From positions 138,778-202,777 of the forward strand of contig JALMLS010000013.1 of NCBI GenBank assembly GCA_038496445.1: DNA of 64,000 bases, written 5' to 3'. Numbering within the stretch: position 1 is the stretch's first letter; every line of letters begins with the position of its first letter. Source of the stretch: Trichosphaerium sp. ATCC 40318 (taxonomy: Eukaryota > Protista > Tubulinea). This document shows, in pieces, positions 10,949 to 20,789 of the stretch. The position numbers and the translations under genes are program-made. Below the pieces are notes generated by a model. The model had not been told where the DNA came from. It did no database searches and saw only the letters and a program-made list of their open reading frames with translations.

Positions 10949-12813
10949 TATCCCAAAAAAATTATTTCGAACGCCACACGGTTACTACGATGATATATTG
11001 AACCAAAGGAAGCGGTTTAATACCATTGGACAAGATTTAAATATAAAACACCTTGATCAATGGTATGATGCATCTACAAAGGACATAGTAGCAGCAGGAG
11101 GGCGAAAAATATTAGATAGGTAAGAAACTATTGCTGTTGGAAATAGCTACGTCTGAATTTTCAAATCGTTTTGCAAAAATCTGCCTTGTGTCATCACCAA
11201 TGCTTACAAAGACTCAGATATAACGACTCTATATCATTGACAGTATCGAGTATATATAATGGGCGCTCTTGGTTAGCCTATCGCTTCAGGTAAGCGAAAA
11301 CAGCATTTTTCAAATTAATGTTTTTTTTCAGAACTGTACCACGACGTTTTTGGGATGTTGTGACAAACCAAAGGCAAAAATTTGACTCTATTGGAGAAAT
11401 TCTACATGTACATACGTTAAGCGAATGGCATCATGTAACAGCAGATCAAGCAAGTGCTTTAGGAGCACGTAGAATACTAGATAAGTGCGTACTATTTTTG
11501 ACACATTTCACTTTTTCTTTTTACAGATTTCTTTCTCTACAAACAAGTCTGACACTTTTCATTCAAGGTATGGCGGTACCTTACAAAGTACTATACAGAA
11601 TATTTACCCAGAAATACAAAAGCAGCCTTGGACTTTTAGGTAAACATTGAAACTTATGAAATTTCTTGTTAATTTGTATTTTGTTTATCAGAGTACCACA
11701 AGCGTATTGGCTTAATTTTGATAACCAGCAAGCGAAATTTCAACAAGTTGCTGAGGCACTTGGCGTTAAAACTTATTCTCAATGGTATAACATTGATAGT
11801 GAGTCTATAGAGCGTGCTGGAGGACGTCCAGTGCTTGATAGGTAACCCTCTTTTTTATCAAATTTAGAGTTGTTATTCAGAGCTATCATTATCTAATACT
11901 CAGATATAGGTATAATAGATCTGTTTCTCAGATGGTTGAGGCGTTGTATCCAGATTATGATTGGGTATCATGGCGATTCAAGTACGCTTAAGCCCATTTA
12001 AGTCAGGCTTTAGCAAATCTACAATCTTTTTTTTTACTGCGGCTTTCATGTTGACTCTTGGTAAAAAGCAGCATAGCTATTTATCTTCTTTTTATGTATT
12101 TAACTGGTGCTTTTTTAGGCGTGTACCTGTTCGTCATTGGGATAAAGTAGAAAATCAAAAACGTCGTATTGATTTTATTGGTAAATTATTGAATGTCAAG
12201 ACACTTGATCAATGGTATAATATTACAACAGATACACTGATACGTTTTGGTGCTCGTAGCATAATAGACAGGTATAATCCTTTTCATATATCTACTCTTT
12301 ATTGGTTTAAAACGCTGTTTCATTTGACAGTGGTTTTCACTGTTTTCTTCTTTTTGTTGAACTTATTGATGTCTTAGATACAATAAGTCTATAACCCGTA
12401 CTATGAAGACTATATACCCTAGTTACTCTTGGCAGTTTGGGTACGTTGTTTTCATAAAATATTTGTTTTTTGACGCCCTTTGTGAGCTCACCCTCTGATT
12501 TTGTTCTTAAAGATGGACTTCGAAAGCGATTGTTACTTTCTTAAAAACAGCAGAAGAAAGCCTTCTCATTGACAAACCAGAATTATGGTGTCGTGTCTCA
12601 ATGTGGCAAGTGCGTAAACTAGGTGGAGGAGGATTGATTGACAAATTTCCAATGGCATTGAGTGCCTTATATCCAAATCATCCATGGAGAAAACTTTTAA
12701 CCGCTGCAGCCAAAAAGTCAGAACAAAGGTGACAATAATCAATCATCACCACTTTGCTATTTGTTTACCTTCTTAACAGGTGGTTACTTGAGTCAACAAA
12801 GTCACTATTCTAG
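10949..12813 (+). CDS. Tandem helical-repeat protein (VPxxxWxxxxNQ...WYx...GxRxIxDxY...YPxxxW units), spliced; start exon uncertain
   Basis: Four full repeats plus one partial repeat, reconstructed across GT-AG introns. Ends KKSEQ|RWLLESTKSLF* at TAG 12811-12813. Confidence 0.75.
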
Positions 12814-13838
12814 AGCGAGAACCTTTAAGGGGAGAATGTAATATAGGAAGAGATTAAGCGTTGTCATGTCGATACTCCGAGCTCTTCACTAATAAAATAG
12901 ATCAATGCCATATTGTATTGTTTATGTGAAGGCTAAGAAATAAACTGGTTTGTAAATAACTACTGTTCACGTAACTGATGGGTTTTGTACAACAAACGTG
13001 CTTGTATATAAGCTAAACAGAGTTAACTTGTGACTCAAAATTTAGAGCTCTCATGAATACATATTCAGAAAAAGTAGTGCTGCCTTAGCACTCTTGGCTT
13101 AACATTGCGCGTGTCGTTTACCCAATCAATTTACATACAATGGAAGAAACAGCAACACCTTATGAGAACAAAGAAGAAAGCAAGAAAAGAGCAGTAGTTA
13201 TACGACTCTATTTCAGTACGTGTACTAGAAAAATGTATTTTGCCGTTTACGAATGTTTGGCACGTGATATTACGCAAAATTGTTTATTTGTTTATTTGAC
13301 ATTCACAAAAATAGCATTCATGTGTCTGTAATATCTTTTGAGATTCATTTTCACAAACCATTCGATTTCCATGGAAGCAAGCCTTCATCACGTTAAAACT
13401 AACAAACTTGTTTTCAACTTACTTTTACACGTTAGGCTATAATCTACGCAAACATTGCAGGACAAACTTATACCTACGTGTATCTTCTGCCACAGAGCCA
13501 TACCTCACAGAACTACAAGAGCTTTTCCGTGAAGCTGCAAGAACGTATGCAGATATCCTACCTCTTGTAACTTTTTTTTTTTTTTTTTAGAATAAGAGGC
13601 AGCGCGCTAGCGCCTACTTTATTACATAGGTTGTGTTACATTGTTACGGTTTACAAGATAGAAAAAATAAAAAACCAAATTTATTTTTGCAATAGGATCC
13701 TTCTCATCAGTATAGTTTTGTATCACATAAATAAAATGATTAGAACTGAATTGTAATTAATTGAGTTAAAGGGAAAAAGGGGGGTTTGGGGGGCGGAGCC
13801 CACCATGAAGGGGGTTGGGGGGAAGTAAAAACATAACC

Positions 13839-13945
13839 TTCGAGGGCCTATAGGGATAAATTAGTTTGAGGGCCTATAGGGGTAAAATAGTTCGAGGGCC
13901 TATAGGGTATAAATGAGTTTGAGGGCCTATAGGGTATAAATGAGT
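13839..13945 (-). repeat. Four ~26-bp tandem units (ttYGAGGGCCTATAGGG...) in the LINE 3' UTR
   Basis: GAGGGCCTATAGGG occurs four times, each containing the palindrome CCTATAGG. Confidence 0.9.
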
Positions 13946-14102
13946 AAATGAGTAAAAACCCTTCGAGGGAAGTCCCCCCAAGTAAAAAGAGTATCTATTA
14001 AATTAGGCTACCACACACTAAGCTGTGGTAACTAGGTATAGGGAGCGCAATCGGCTCCAAATTTGCAACGCAAATTAGGAGGGTACGCGACCCTTGGTTG
14101 TA

Positions 14103-17100
14103 TTAATTATATATTGAACCTATTCTATGGACGGGTTTGGAAACTCTTCGATCATTAGTAGGTGTTAAAAATTGACTTAATACAATTGTACCATCTGGCA
14201 GTATATCATCTACTCCGCTACCAATCGCAAAAGCTGGTGTATTTAACTGTAATCTTCTAAGACTTTTCTGTTCTTTGATAACCTCTGAGTAATCCATTTG
14301 AACATGACATTTGCTTCTATTTGTATTCCATCTGTTTGTCTCTTCGTTCTTGTAAATCCAATCAACATCCTTTATAGTTCCATTATATTTTGCTATGATC
14401 ATCCAATATATAAATTTATATCTAATTTGTTGACCTGCTAACCACTTACCTACCGGGACACCATGTTTTATATCATTTCTAATTATCCACGTGATTGCTA
14501 AAATAATGCCTATTTCCAAAAGGTGATGTACTGACTTACAATTCTGTAGTGATTCTTTAAGTGATATATCCGGTGAGCAAAATGTCAATAGATCATATAT
14601 AACCTCCATTATCTTGCTAGGTATCGACCAGTCATAAAATATTTCTTCGTGCTTCTCAGGAGGGAACGCATCTTTTTTATGTGTAACGGGAAGACATCTC
14701 ATAATAAATCTCCACACAACATCTCTAATATAACTAACTCCTTTGAATTTGCTTAACAACTTGAGAATTGTAGAGTTAAAAATGAAATTTTTCCTGAAGT
14801 GAGGTTTTAAACGCGGAATGATATTTTTTCTAAATATATTTGTAAAAAATTTTACTTTTCTAAATTTTTTTTCTGGTTTTACATTAAAAGATTCAAAAGA
14901 ATTTCTACATAAGGAGCTTAGCTGAGAGCCATCTTTCCATGCTTGTGAATATATTGTATCTGTCGCCAAGTGTCGTTCCCATAAAGATGCTTTGAAGGCA
15001 TTGCTTATTTGAGCAATCGAACTTAAAGAAAAACCTCCTTTTGAAAACGAAAGTGATAACTGCGACCAAGAAACACGGGAATACAATTTTTCCTTATCTA
15101 AAACACGTGATACATCCCAGAGAAACCAATTGCACACGTTGATGAGTTTGGCGGTTGCACTAGGAGGAATTGAAAGAGGTTTGGTAAAATATATTAGTTG
15201 TGATTGAGCATAAGACTTAAAAATATTAATTTTTTGGCGAATTGTTTTACACAGTGGTTTCCACTTTACTAATTGTACTGTTATTTTCTCTATTGCTTTG
15301 TCCCAATCAAAATTTAGGCCATCATCACTCAAGTTAAAGCCAAGATACCTGATACTAGTACCTGTATCGAAAACTTTACTATTATCGTCATTTAGACCTG
15401 AAATGTTTGCTTGGAAGCATTTCTTCTCATTGATCTGTAAACCCGTTGCCTTGTTATATCTATCTAGCCAATAATTCATTTCCTCTATATCTTCTATGGA
15501 ACTAGCTAGTAAAAGAAGGTCATCCGCAAAAAATAAATTTTTTAGCCAGTTTTCTATAGACATTTCTGCACCTTTGATATAAGCCTCGTGATTGATGATC
15601 CAATTAAGAGGTTCCACCATTATAGCAAAGAAGTATGGACTAATAGGATTACCTTGGCCTGTACCTCTTTTAGTGCAGAAGGTCTCATCGCTGACTACAT
15701 TGTTGATTCTAACCTGTACGTCTAATTTAAGAGCTTGAACGAGGAGGTTAGCAATTTTATCGGAGAATCCTACTTTTGTAAGGAAAAGTTTAAGAGCCAC
15801 GTGACTACAAGAATCGAAGGCCTTTTTGAAATCATATGCAATCATTCTCAGCCACTTTGAGTGTTTTTTGTTGAACGCAATAGCTTCCAAAGCGGCTATG
15901 ACGTTATCCACTATGTCTCTACCTGGTATGAAACCGTTCTGCGTTTTAAGAATAATCTTCGACATTAGAGGAGTTAAACGGTTATAAAATATCTTCATCA
16001 GTATTTTATAATCTACGTTAGTGAGAGTAATCGGACAGTAATTAGCCATAAGTTTTGGGTCACCTTTTTTAAAAATAGGAATTATCGTACCCTTACACAA
16101 AAATTGATCAACACAACCTTGTTGTATGAAGTTATTGAACAAATTTGTTAGTATAGGTGTAAAAGTGCTCTTCATTGCTTTGTAAACACACGCTGATAAA
16201 CCATCTGGCCCAGGAGCTTTATTTGATGGCATGTTATCTATGACATCTTCCACTTCTGATTCTTCAATTTCAACGTTTAGTTTTTCTTCTAACTCTAGAA
16301 ATGATTTAGGTTTCCATAATTTACTTACTTGTTTGAGAACTTGTTCATCTATTTCCAGATCGCCATATAGATGTTTATAAAATCTGACACTGGTAGATAG
16401 AATTTCTTTTATATCTTTTGATGACGTCTTATTCCATGTACATTCAAGCTCTTCTACAACACGAGCGGAATTTCTACCTTTTAGGATACGTGTTAATTGA
16501 GCTGATGGGACTTCGTTAAATTTGTCTTTATCGATCGAAGCGGCCACACATGTGAATTCTTTTTTTTCTTTGATGAGTTTATTGTATTCTAATAGGTCTT
16601 TCATAGTAGCTGTGTGTTTATTTGATAGAGTCGCTGCTAGCACATTGATTCGTGCGTTCTTTTTGAATAATAGATTGCGTTGATTTTTACTAAATCTAGT
16701 TATTAGTTCATTCTTATCACGTACATAATCGCTTGGAGAAGGACCAAATGTTAAATCACACGTTTTAGTGGCTTTGTGTACTTCCTTGAAAAGAACTGGA
16801 TTAATGCGAAAAGGACGAGGGAGTCGAGGACCGAATTCAAGAGAAGCAAGTAAAATCGAGTGATCAAGTTCAAAAATTGGCATGTCAAAAACTTTGAATG
16901 ATTTTAGATTAGGAGATAACGTTTTAGAAATTAATAATAGATCTAATCTACCTCCTTTTTCATGTGTAGGCAGTACTTTGTGGAACTTTACCGCTGCATC
17001 AATAAATCCTAATTGTAGTAATAATGCGTATGTTTTAAGTGCCTTTTTATTCTCTAGGCGTAGATTAAAATCACCTGTGATAATATCGCAATCAGCCACC

Positions 17101-17444
17101 GCTTGAAAGACTTTAAGCCAAAAATCATTTGAGCTGTTAGATTTAGCATATATGGTTGCTATTTTTAATTTAACTCCATTGCATTCTATCTCTGCTACCA
17201 GAATTCGACCATCTACAGAATTAAGTAATATCGGTTGTTTACCTCTAACTGCAGTCAATGCTACTCCAGTGCCTCTCCCTTCATCTGTATGTACCGTTTT
17301 ACGCCTATGATCTTGAAAGACATTTGTTTCTGTAGCACAAAAAATATTGCACTTGAGATTGTATGCCAGTTCTCGTACCTTGTCAAAATTACTGAATCCC
17401 CTTATATTAGCTGTAGCGAGTTTGATACACTTATTTTTACTCAT
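14103..17444 (-). CDS. LINE ORF2: apurinic-like endonuclease + reverse transcriptase
   Basis: APE motifs ATANIRG, TE, GDFN, RLDL and DH. RT motifs KAPGPDG, YCPITLTNVDYKI, DFKKAFD, GTGQGNPISP, FADD and RYLG. Confidence 0.96.
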   Translation of the reverse strand: MSKNKCIKLATANIRGFSNFDKVRELAYNLKCNIFCATETNVFQDHRRKTVHTDEGRGTGVALTAVRGKQPILLNSVDGRILVAEIECNGVKLKIATIYAKSNSSNDFWLKVFQAVADCDIITGDFNLRLENKKALKTYALLLQLGFIDAAVKFHKVLPTHEKGGRLDLLLISKTLSPNLKSFKVFDMPIFELDHSILLASLEFGPRLPRPFRINPVLFKEVHKATKTCDLTFGPSPSDYVRDKNELITRFSKNQRNLLFKKNARINVLAATLSNKHTATMKDLLEYNKLIKEKKEFTCVAASIDKDKFNEVPSAQLTRILKGRNSARVVEELECTWNKTSSKDIKEILSTSVRFYKHLYGDLEIDEQVLKQVSKLWKPKSFLELEEKLNVEIEESEVEDVIDNMPSNKAPGPDGLSACVYKAMKSTFTPILTNLFNNFIQQGCVDQFLCKGTIIPIFKKGDPKLMANYCPITLTNVDYKILMKIFYNRLTPLMSKIILKTQNGFIPGRDIVDNVIAALEAIAFNKKHSKWLRMIAYDFKKAFDSCSHVALKLFLTKVGFSDKIANLLVQALKLDVQVRINNVVSDETFCTKRGTGQGNPISPYFFAIMVEPLNWIINHEAYIKGAEMSIENWLKNLFFADDLLLLASSIEDIEEMNYWLDRYNKATGLQINEKKCFQANISGLNDDNSKVFDTGTSIRYLGFNLSDDGLNFDWDKAIEKITVQLVKWKPLCKTIRQKINIFKSYAQSQLIYFTKPLSIPPSATAKLINVCNWFLWDVSRVLDKEKLYSRVSWSQLSLSFSKGGFSLSSIAQISNAFKASLWERHLATDTIYSQAWKDGSQLSSLCRNSFESFNVKPEKKFRKVKFFTNIFRKNIIPRLKPHFRKNFIFNSTILKLLSKFKGVSYIRDVVWRFIMRCLPVTHKKDAFPPEKHEEIFYDWSIPSKIMEVIYDLLTFCSPDISLKESLQNCKSVHHLLEIGIILAITWIIRNDIKHGVPVGKWLAGQQIRYKFIYWMIIAKYNGTIKDVDWIYKNEETNRWNTNRSKCHVQMDYSEVIKEQKSLRRLQLNTPAFAIGSGVDDILPDGTIVLSQFLTPTNDRRVSKPVHRIGSIYN

Positions 17445-17447
17445 AAT

Positions 17448-18059
17448 TTACACATATCCCAGCCAACGCGAAAACAACAACACCGTACCTGCTAAAGAAG
17501 AGACAATCCTTGAGGAACGCCAATTGGAAAAAATCTTAACACAAGCAATCACGTAAACTATAAACCTGTTTAACACGCAGAAAATGACATTAGACAAAGA
17601 GAAAAATTGTGGTATGAACCGGCAATAGGATATAGAAACATTCATGTAAAATGTACACGTGTAATTACAAGCTGTGGAAAATTCTAAAATTTTGGAGATT
17701 TCCCTGGATGCGAAATGCGTTATGATAATAAAACACGAATTCAAATATGTTTTTTGTAAGTTCTTTTTTGGTTTGAAAAGTGTATAGGTATTGTTTATAG
17801 AGTCAGAAGCTGGTTGCGTGAAAAAATTAACCACTGTCCCTATCAAAGTTGCAGACATGATATTTATTCTGTAGTAGCACTCGTACATGTATACTACCCC
17901 AGTTTGAGGGTAAAATAAATTTGAATATCCAACGTCGTCTCGAATCTCGTTTGTATTGTTCTTTGTATTATATCTATGATGTATTATGATGTGTTTACGG
18001 CGTTCTAGGATGTGTTGACTATAAATTAATGTGTAGCTTGTAAAATTTAAAGTAGGCAT
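17448..18059 (-). CDS. Putative LINE ORF1 (atypical, 203 aa, hydrophobic C-terminus)
   Basis: The frame is open across the whole 5' part of the element. First ATG at 18059; TAA ends 3 nt before the ORF2 ATG, in the same frame. No recognisable domain. Confidence 0.5.
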   Translation of the reverse strand: MPTLNFTSYTLIYSQHILERRKHIIIHHRYNTKNNTNEIRDDVGYSNLFYPQTGVVYMYECYYRINIMSATLIGTVVNFFTQPASDSINNTYTLFKPKKNLQKTYLNSCFIIITHFASREISKILEFSTACNYTCTFYMNVSISYCRFIPQFFSLSNVIFCVLNRFIVYVIACVKIFSNWRSSRIVSSLAGTVLLFSRWLGYV

Positions 18060-18820
18060 AACCAGCACTACCGTTATTCTAACTAGCGTAACATAATAGT
18101 TAGAACGTAAAATAGTGAGGAGGTGATGCAATCCCCGCGCAGTTAAGGCGGGCTCATATCCTACCTCTTGTAACATTCAAATGGAAATACAGTAAAAGAG
18201 CAGGCCATTACCGTTTTAAAGGTCTTTCTGTTGACGAAACACATTACGTTACACTGCCAACAATGGTCATGGAATTTTTCATAAATAAAGGATTTGATAT
18301 TGTTGGCTGTTCTGAAGCATTAGCAAGTAGTGCTAGCGCTATTGATTACCCAAATGAGAGAACACACCGTACTGTAATAACATGTTAAAAAGTAAAATAA
18401 CAATAAATTACTAAGATCTAGTTTCATGAATAAACTCGGATTATACTCACAACCTACAACTTTTCCATGCCTCATTTTTTGAGTCCGGGATGTAAGGAGG
18501 TAATTATAAGATTTTTGGCTTCATAACACAAACTACATGCTCACAGTGATGAACAAAAATGGGATTATCGTTACTCTTTTTTTATCAGATGAAAAATCCT
18601 AAACATAGTTCAACACGTGACAGTTGGGTCGGTAACTCCGTAAGCAATATAATTAGATAGCAGTATTTCTTTAAATAATTAAATTAACAAACTATTACAC
18701 TTATTTACACAGACACCGAAATCTTCTTCTTCAAAAAAAAGTTTCACTTCTTGAGGCCAACGTTTTTTGTTTCTCTATTTCTTTGGGGTTTTTTTTTTGA
18801 ACTTTCTTCTTGCGAGACGA

Positions 18821-20356
18821 TTATTTGTGTTTCTTTTTCTTGCTTTTATGCCTTTTGACTGATTGTGGTTTAGGTTCAGATACTGATTCTTTAGGTTGCC
18901 TAAAAGGAGCTGCACTATCAGCTGTAACTTCAGCACCTGCTCTTCTCCCTGAAGCGAAAGAAACCGTGTTTGGTCCAGAACTAGGGCCAATGTTGAATCT
19001 ACTTTTTCCATTCAAGTCATCTCTACTTTTACTTCGTTTTCTATCAGGTCTTTTCTCTGACTGTCTTCTTGAACTTGCTCTCCTTTTTTAGGAAAAAGAA
19101 ATAAGTAATCGTTACAAAAACGCGTTGAAAATAAACACTTGTGGAATACAACAAGAAAAAAGCTCTTTTTTACAGTTTACACTATTGAGCTATTGCGATG
19201 GCTGTTGGTTTCAATTAATTGTATATCCTGTACTAATCATGCAAAGATAGGAAATAATTGAACAAACACGTGACAGGTCAAGACCAAGGTGAAGAAAAGG
19301 ATTTTTGTTGATTTTGTACCTATTGGCTTTTTTACGCTCATGGTCAACACGACGCCTTTCTGTGTGTCTTCTATGTCGCTTCAAAGGCGATGGTACACGA
19401 TCCATAACTTTTTGTTTTGTTTTTACAGGTACTGGCGTAGTATCAGGAGTAGGTGTAGTAGAAGCTTCCTTCGGACTATAAAAAAAAATTAACGAGAAAA
19501 AAATTCACTAAGTTTTGGGGTTTTTTGAGATCGATTGGACGCACGTTGTCGTGCCATTTGCTGTCCCGTTTGTCGTTCCATTTTGTTTTGTTTCACCACC
19601 TACAAATTTATTTTCCCAGTTTTGTACATTAGTTGGTATTACTTTATTTGTAGTTGGTTCTTCAGCGACCTAAGACGAAAACAAGTCAAACAATTACTGT
19701 TTTGGGTTGCGCCTTTAATTTTTTTTTTTTTGGTTTTTTTCAAGAACAACGCGTTTACCTCGCTTGTTACTTCGAATTGTGGCCACACACCCTTTATTAG
19801 ATCTTTTGCTCTAAAGTAAATTAAGATCAATAACATTTTGAATGGGAAATGAGATACAAAAAAAATCACGTGAAAAAAAAATCAAGCGAAAAAAAACCAT
19901 TCATAGCGTGCTTAGTTAATAAAAAACCGCACGTGATTAACACTTTATATTGATAAAAGTGGCTTTACGAAGACGGTTGTTTTGAAATTATCCGAAAACC
20001 GTGTTTATAAGGTACATGACAAACAGCAACCACAGGGATGAAGATTTTTGGTTTTTCTGTAAAGAAACGTTTGGAAGCAAAGAAAAAATTAAATTAAAAC
20101 TTTTTGTTAAAGATCAAACGTTTTATTTGCTAAATCACGTGCGACTTTATACGTACGTTGATGTCTCCATCTTATTAGGTAACTTTATAGTTACAAAACG
20201 AAAAGGTGTGCAGTTATGGCTTGGCGGAGTGACAGCGAAGCCTTGTATTGGCATTGCGCCTACTAGAGGTACAATAATTAATCTATGGAATAGAATCTTG
20301 TTCGCTTCGTCTGTGTGATAGGGAAGATTATAGAATTTAATACGTAATGTAGTCAT
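18821..20356 (-). CDS. Spliced protein with RRM-like N-terminus and Arg/Lys/Ser-rich tail
   Basis: Exon 1 MTTLRIKFYNLPYHTDE...PFRFVTIKLPNKMETST ends at a GTACGT donor and splices in frame to AKDLIKGVWPQFEVTSE|VAEEP.... Final exon ends ...KRHKSKKKKHK*. Confidence 0.55.
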
Positions 20357-20409
20357 ACTGTGTGTGAAGCTACGGAGTATTTATCGCAATGGCGGAATGA
20401 ATTTATGTT

Positions 20410-20767
20410 GACTTAGGAGCCGAAAATGTTAAAGAAAAAAATCTTGGTTTCCTTCAAATAATGGCGAACTAGGAACTGTATTTCCATCTCATCCAAGCAG
20501 GCGCCTAGTTAGCTAGCCACTTAACAGTTCAATCCTTATACTCAATGTTCATTGTCAGGTGAAATGATTCAAATAAACAAAAAGAGTTAGGTAGCATAGC
20601 GAAGTGGAGTGAACCCAATTTGGTCCATGTCATATATACATACTTTGAGTCTTCATAAGCCTAGCTAGTGCCTGGGAATTCCCTTCCTGGACTATTTGAA
20701 TAGTCCTGGCACACGAGGGGATGGCGTACGAACTAAGTAAGAGCAAGCGAAAGTCTGCTTTTTTTTT
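20410..20767 (+). ncRNA. Candidate structured non-coding RNA (unidentified), hairpin + T9 end
   Basis: No ORF. Stems AACTAGG/CCTAGTT and GTGCC/GGCAC (enclosing GGACTAT/ATAGTCC), and a terminal GAAA-loop hairpin followed by T9. 5' end unknown. Confidence 0.3.
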
Positions 20768-20789
20768 CACATAAGTTTTTTTTAATTCT

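Larger units (their letters stand above)
13572..18155 (-). mobile_element. Non-LTR retrotransposon (L1/Tx1/TRE-like LINE), 4584 bp
   Basis: Poly(A) tail (T run from 13572), perfect 19-bp TSD ATATCCTACCTCTTGTAAC at 13553-13571 and 18156-18174, and an intact APE-RT ORF. Confidence 0.95.
13140..18388 (+). pseudogene. Small host gene disrupted by the LINE insertion in its second exon
   Basis: Removing 13572-18174 restores an open frame: MEETAT...RLYF|SYNLRKH...ADILPLVT/FKWKYSKRAGHYRFKGL...FFINKGFDIVGCSE...TVITC*. Confidence 0.7.

Noticed and set aside
13839-13945. CRISPR-like array
   Set aside because: The 'spacers' are only about 10 nt and similar to each other, there are no cas genes, and the array lies in a eukaryotic LINE 3' UTR.
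17450-17800. Plus-strand coiled-coil-like frame read with TAA/TAG=Gln (alternative genetic code)
   Set aside because: TGA stops also appear further on, and conserved genes in the window end in TAA/TAG, so the standard code applies.
18055-18155. HDV-like ribozyme at the LINE 5' end (ACCTCCTC resembles L3); also a 16S-tail-like ATCACCTCCT
   Set aside because: No P1 3' strand or nested pseudoknot could be built; the sequence folds as simple hairpins. The rRNA match is only about 10 nt.
20200-20356. Hairpin ACAGCGAAGC/GCTTCGTCTGT as part of the ncRNA
   Set aside because: Better explained as exon 1 of the minus-strand RRM-like gene (ATG, canonical donor, in-frame splice).
20595-20710. RNase P/MRP or SRP identity for the structured region (AACCCAATT, AGTCC motifs)
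   Set aside because: No correctly spaced CR-I/CR-V P4 pairing and no SRP helix-8 motif found.
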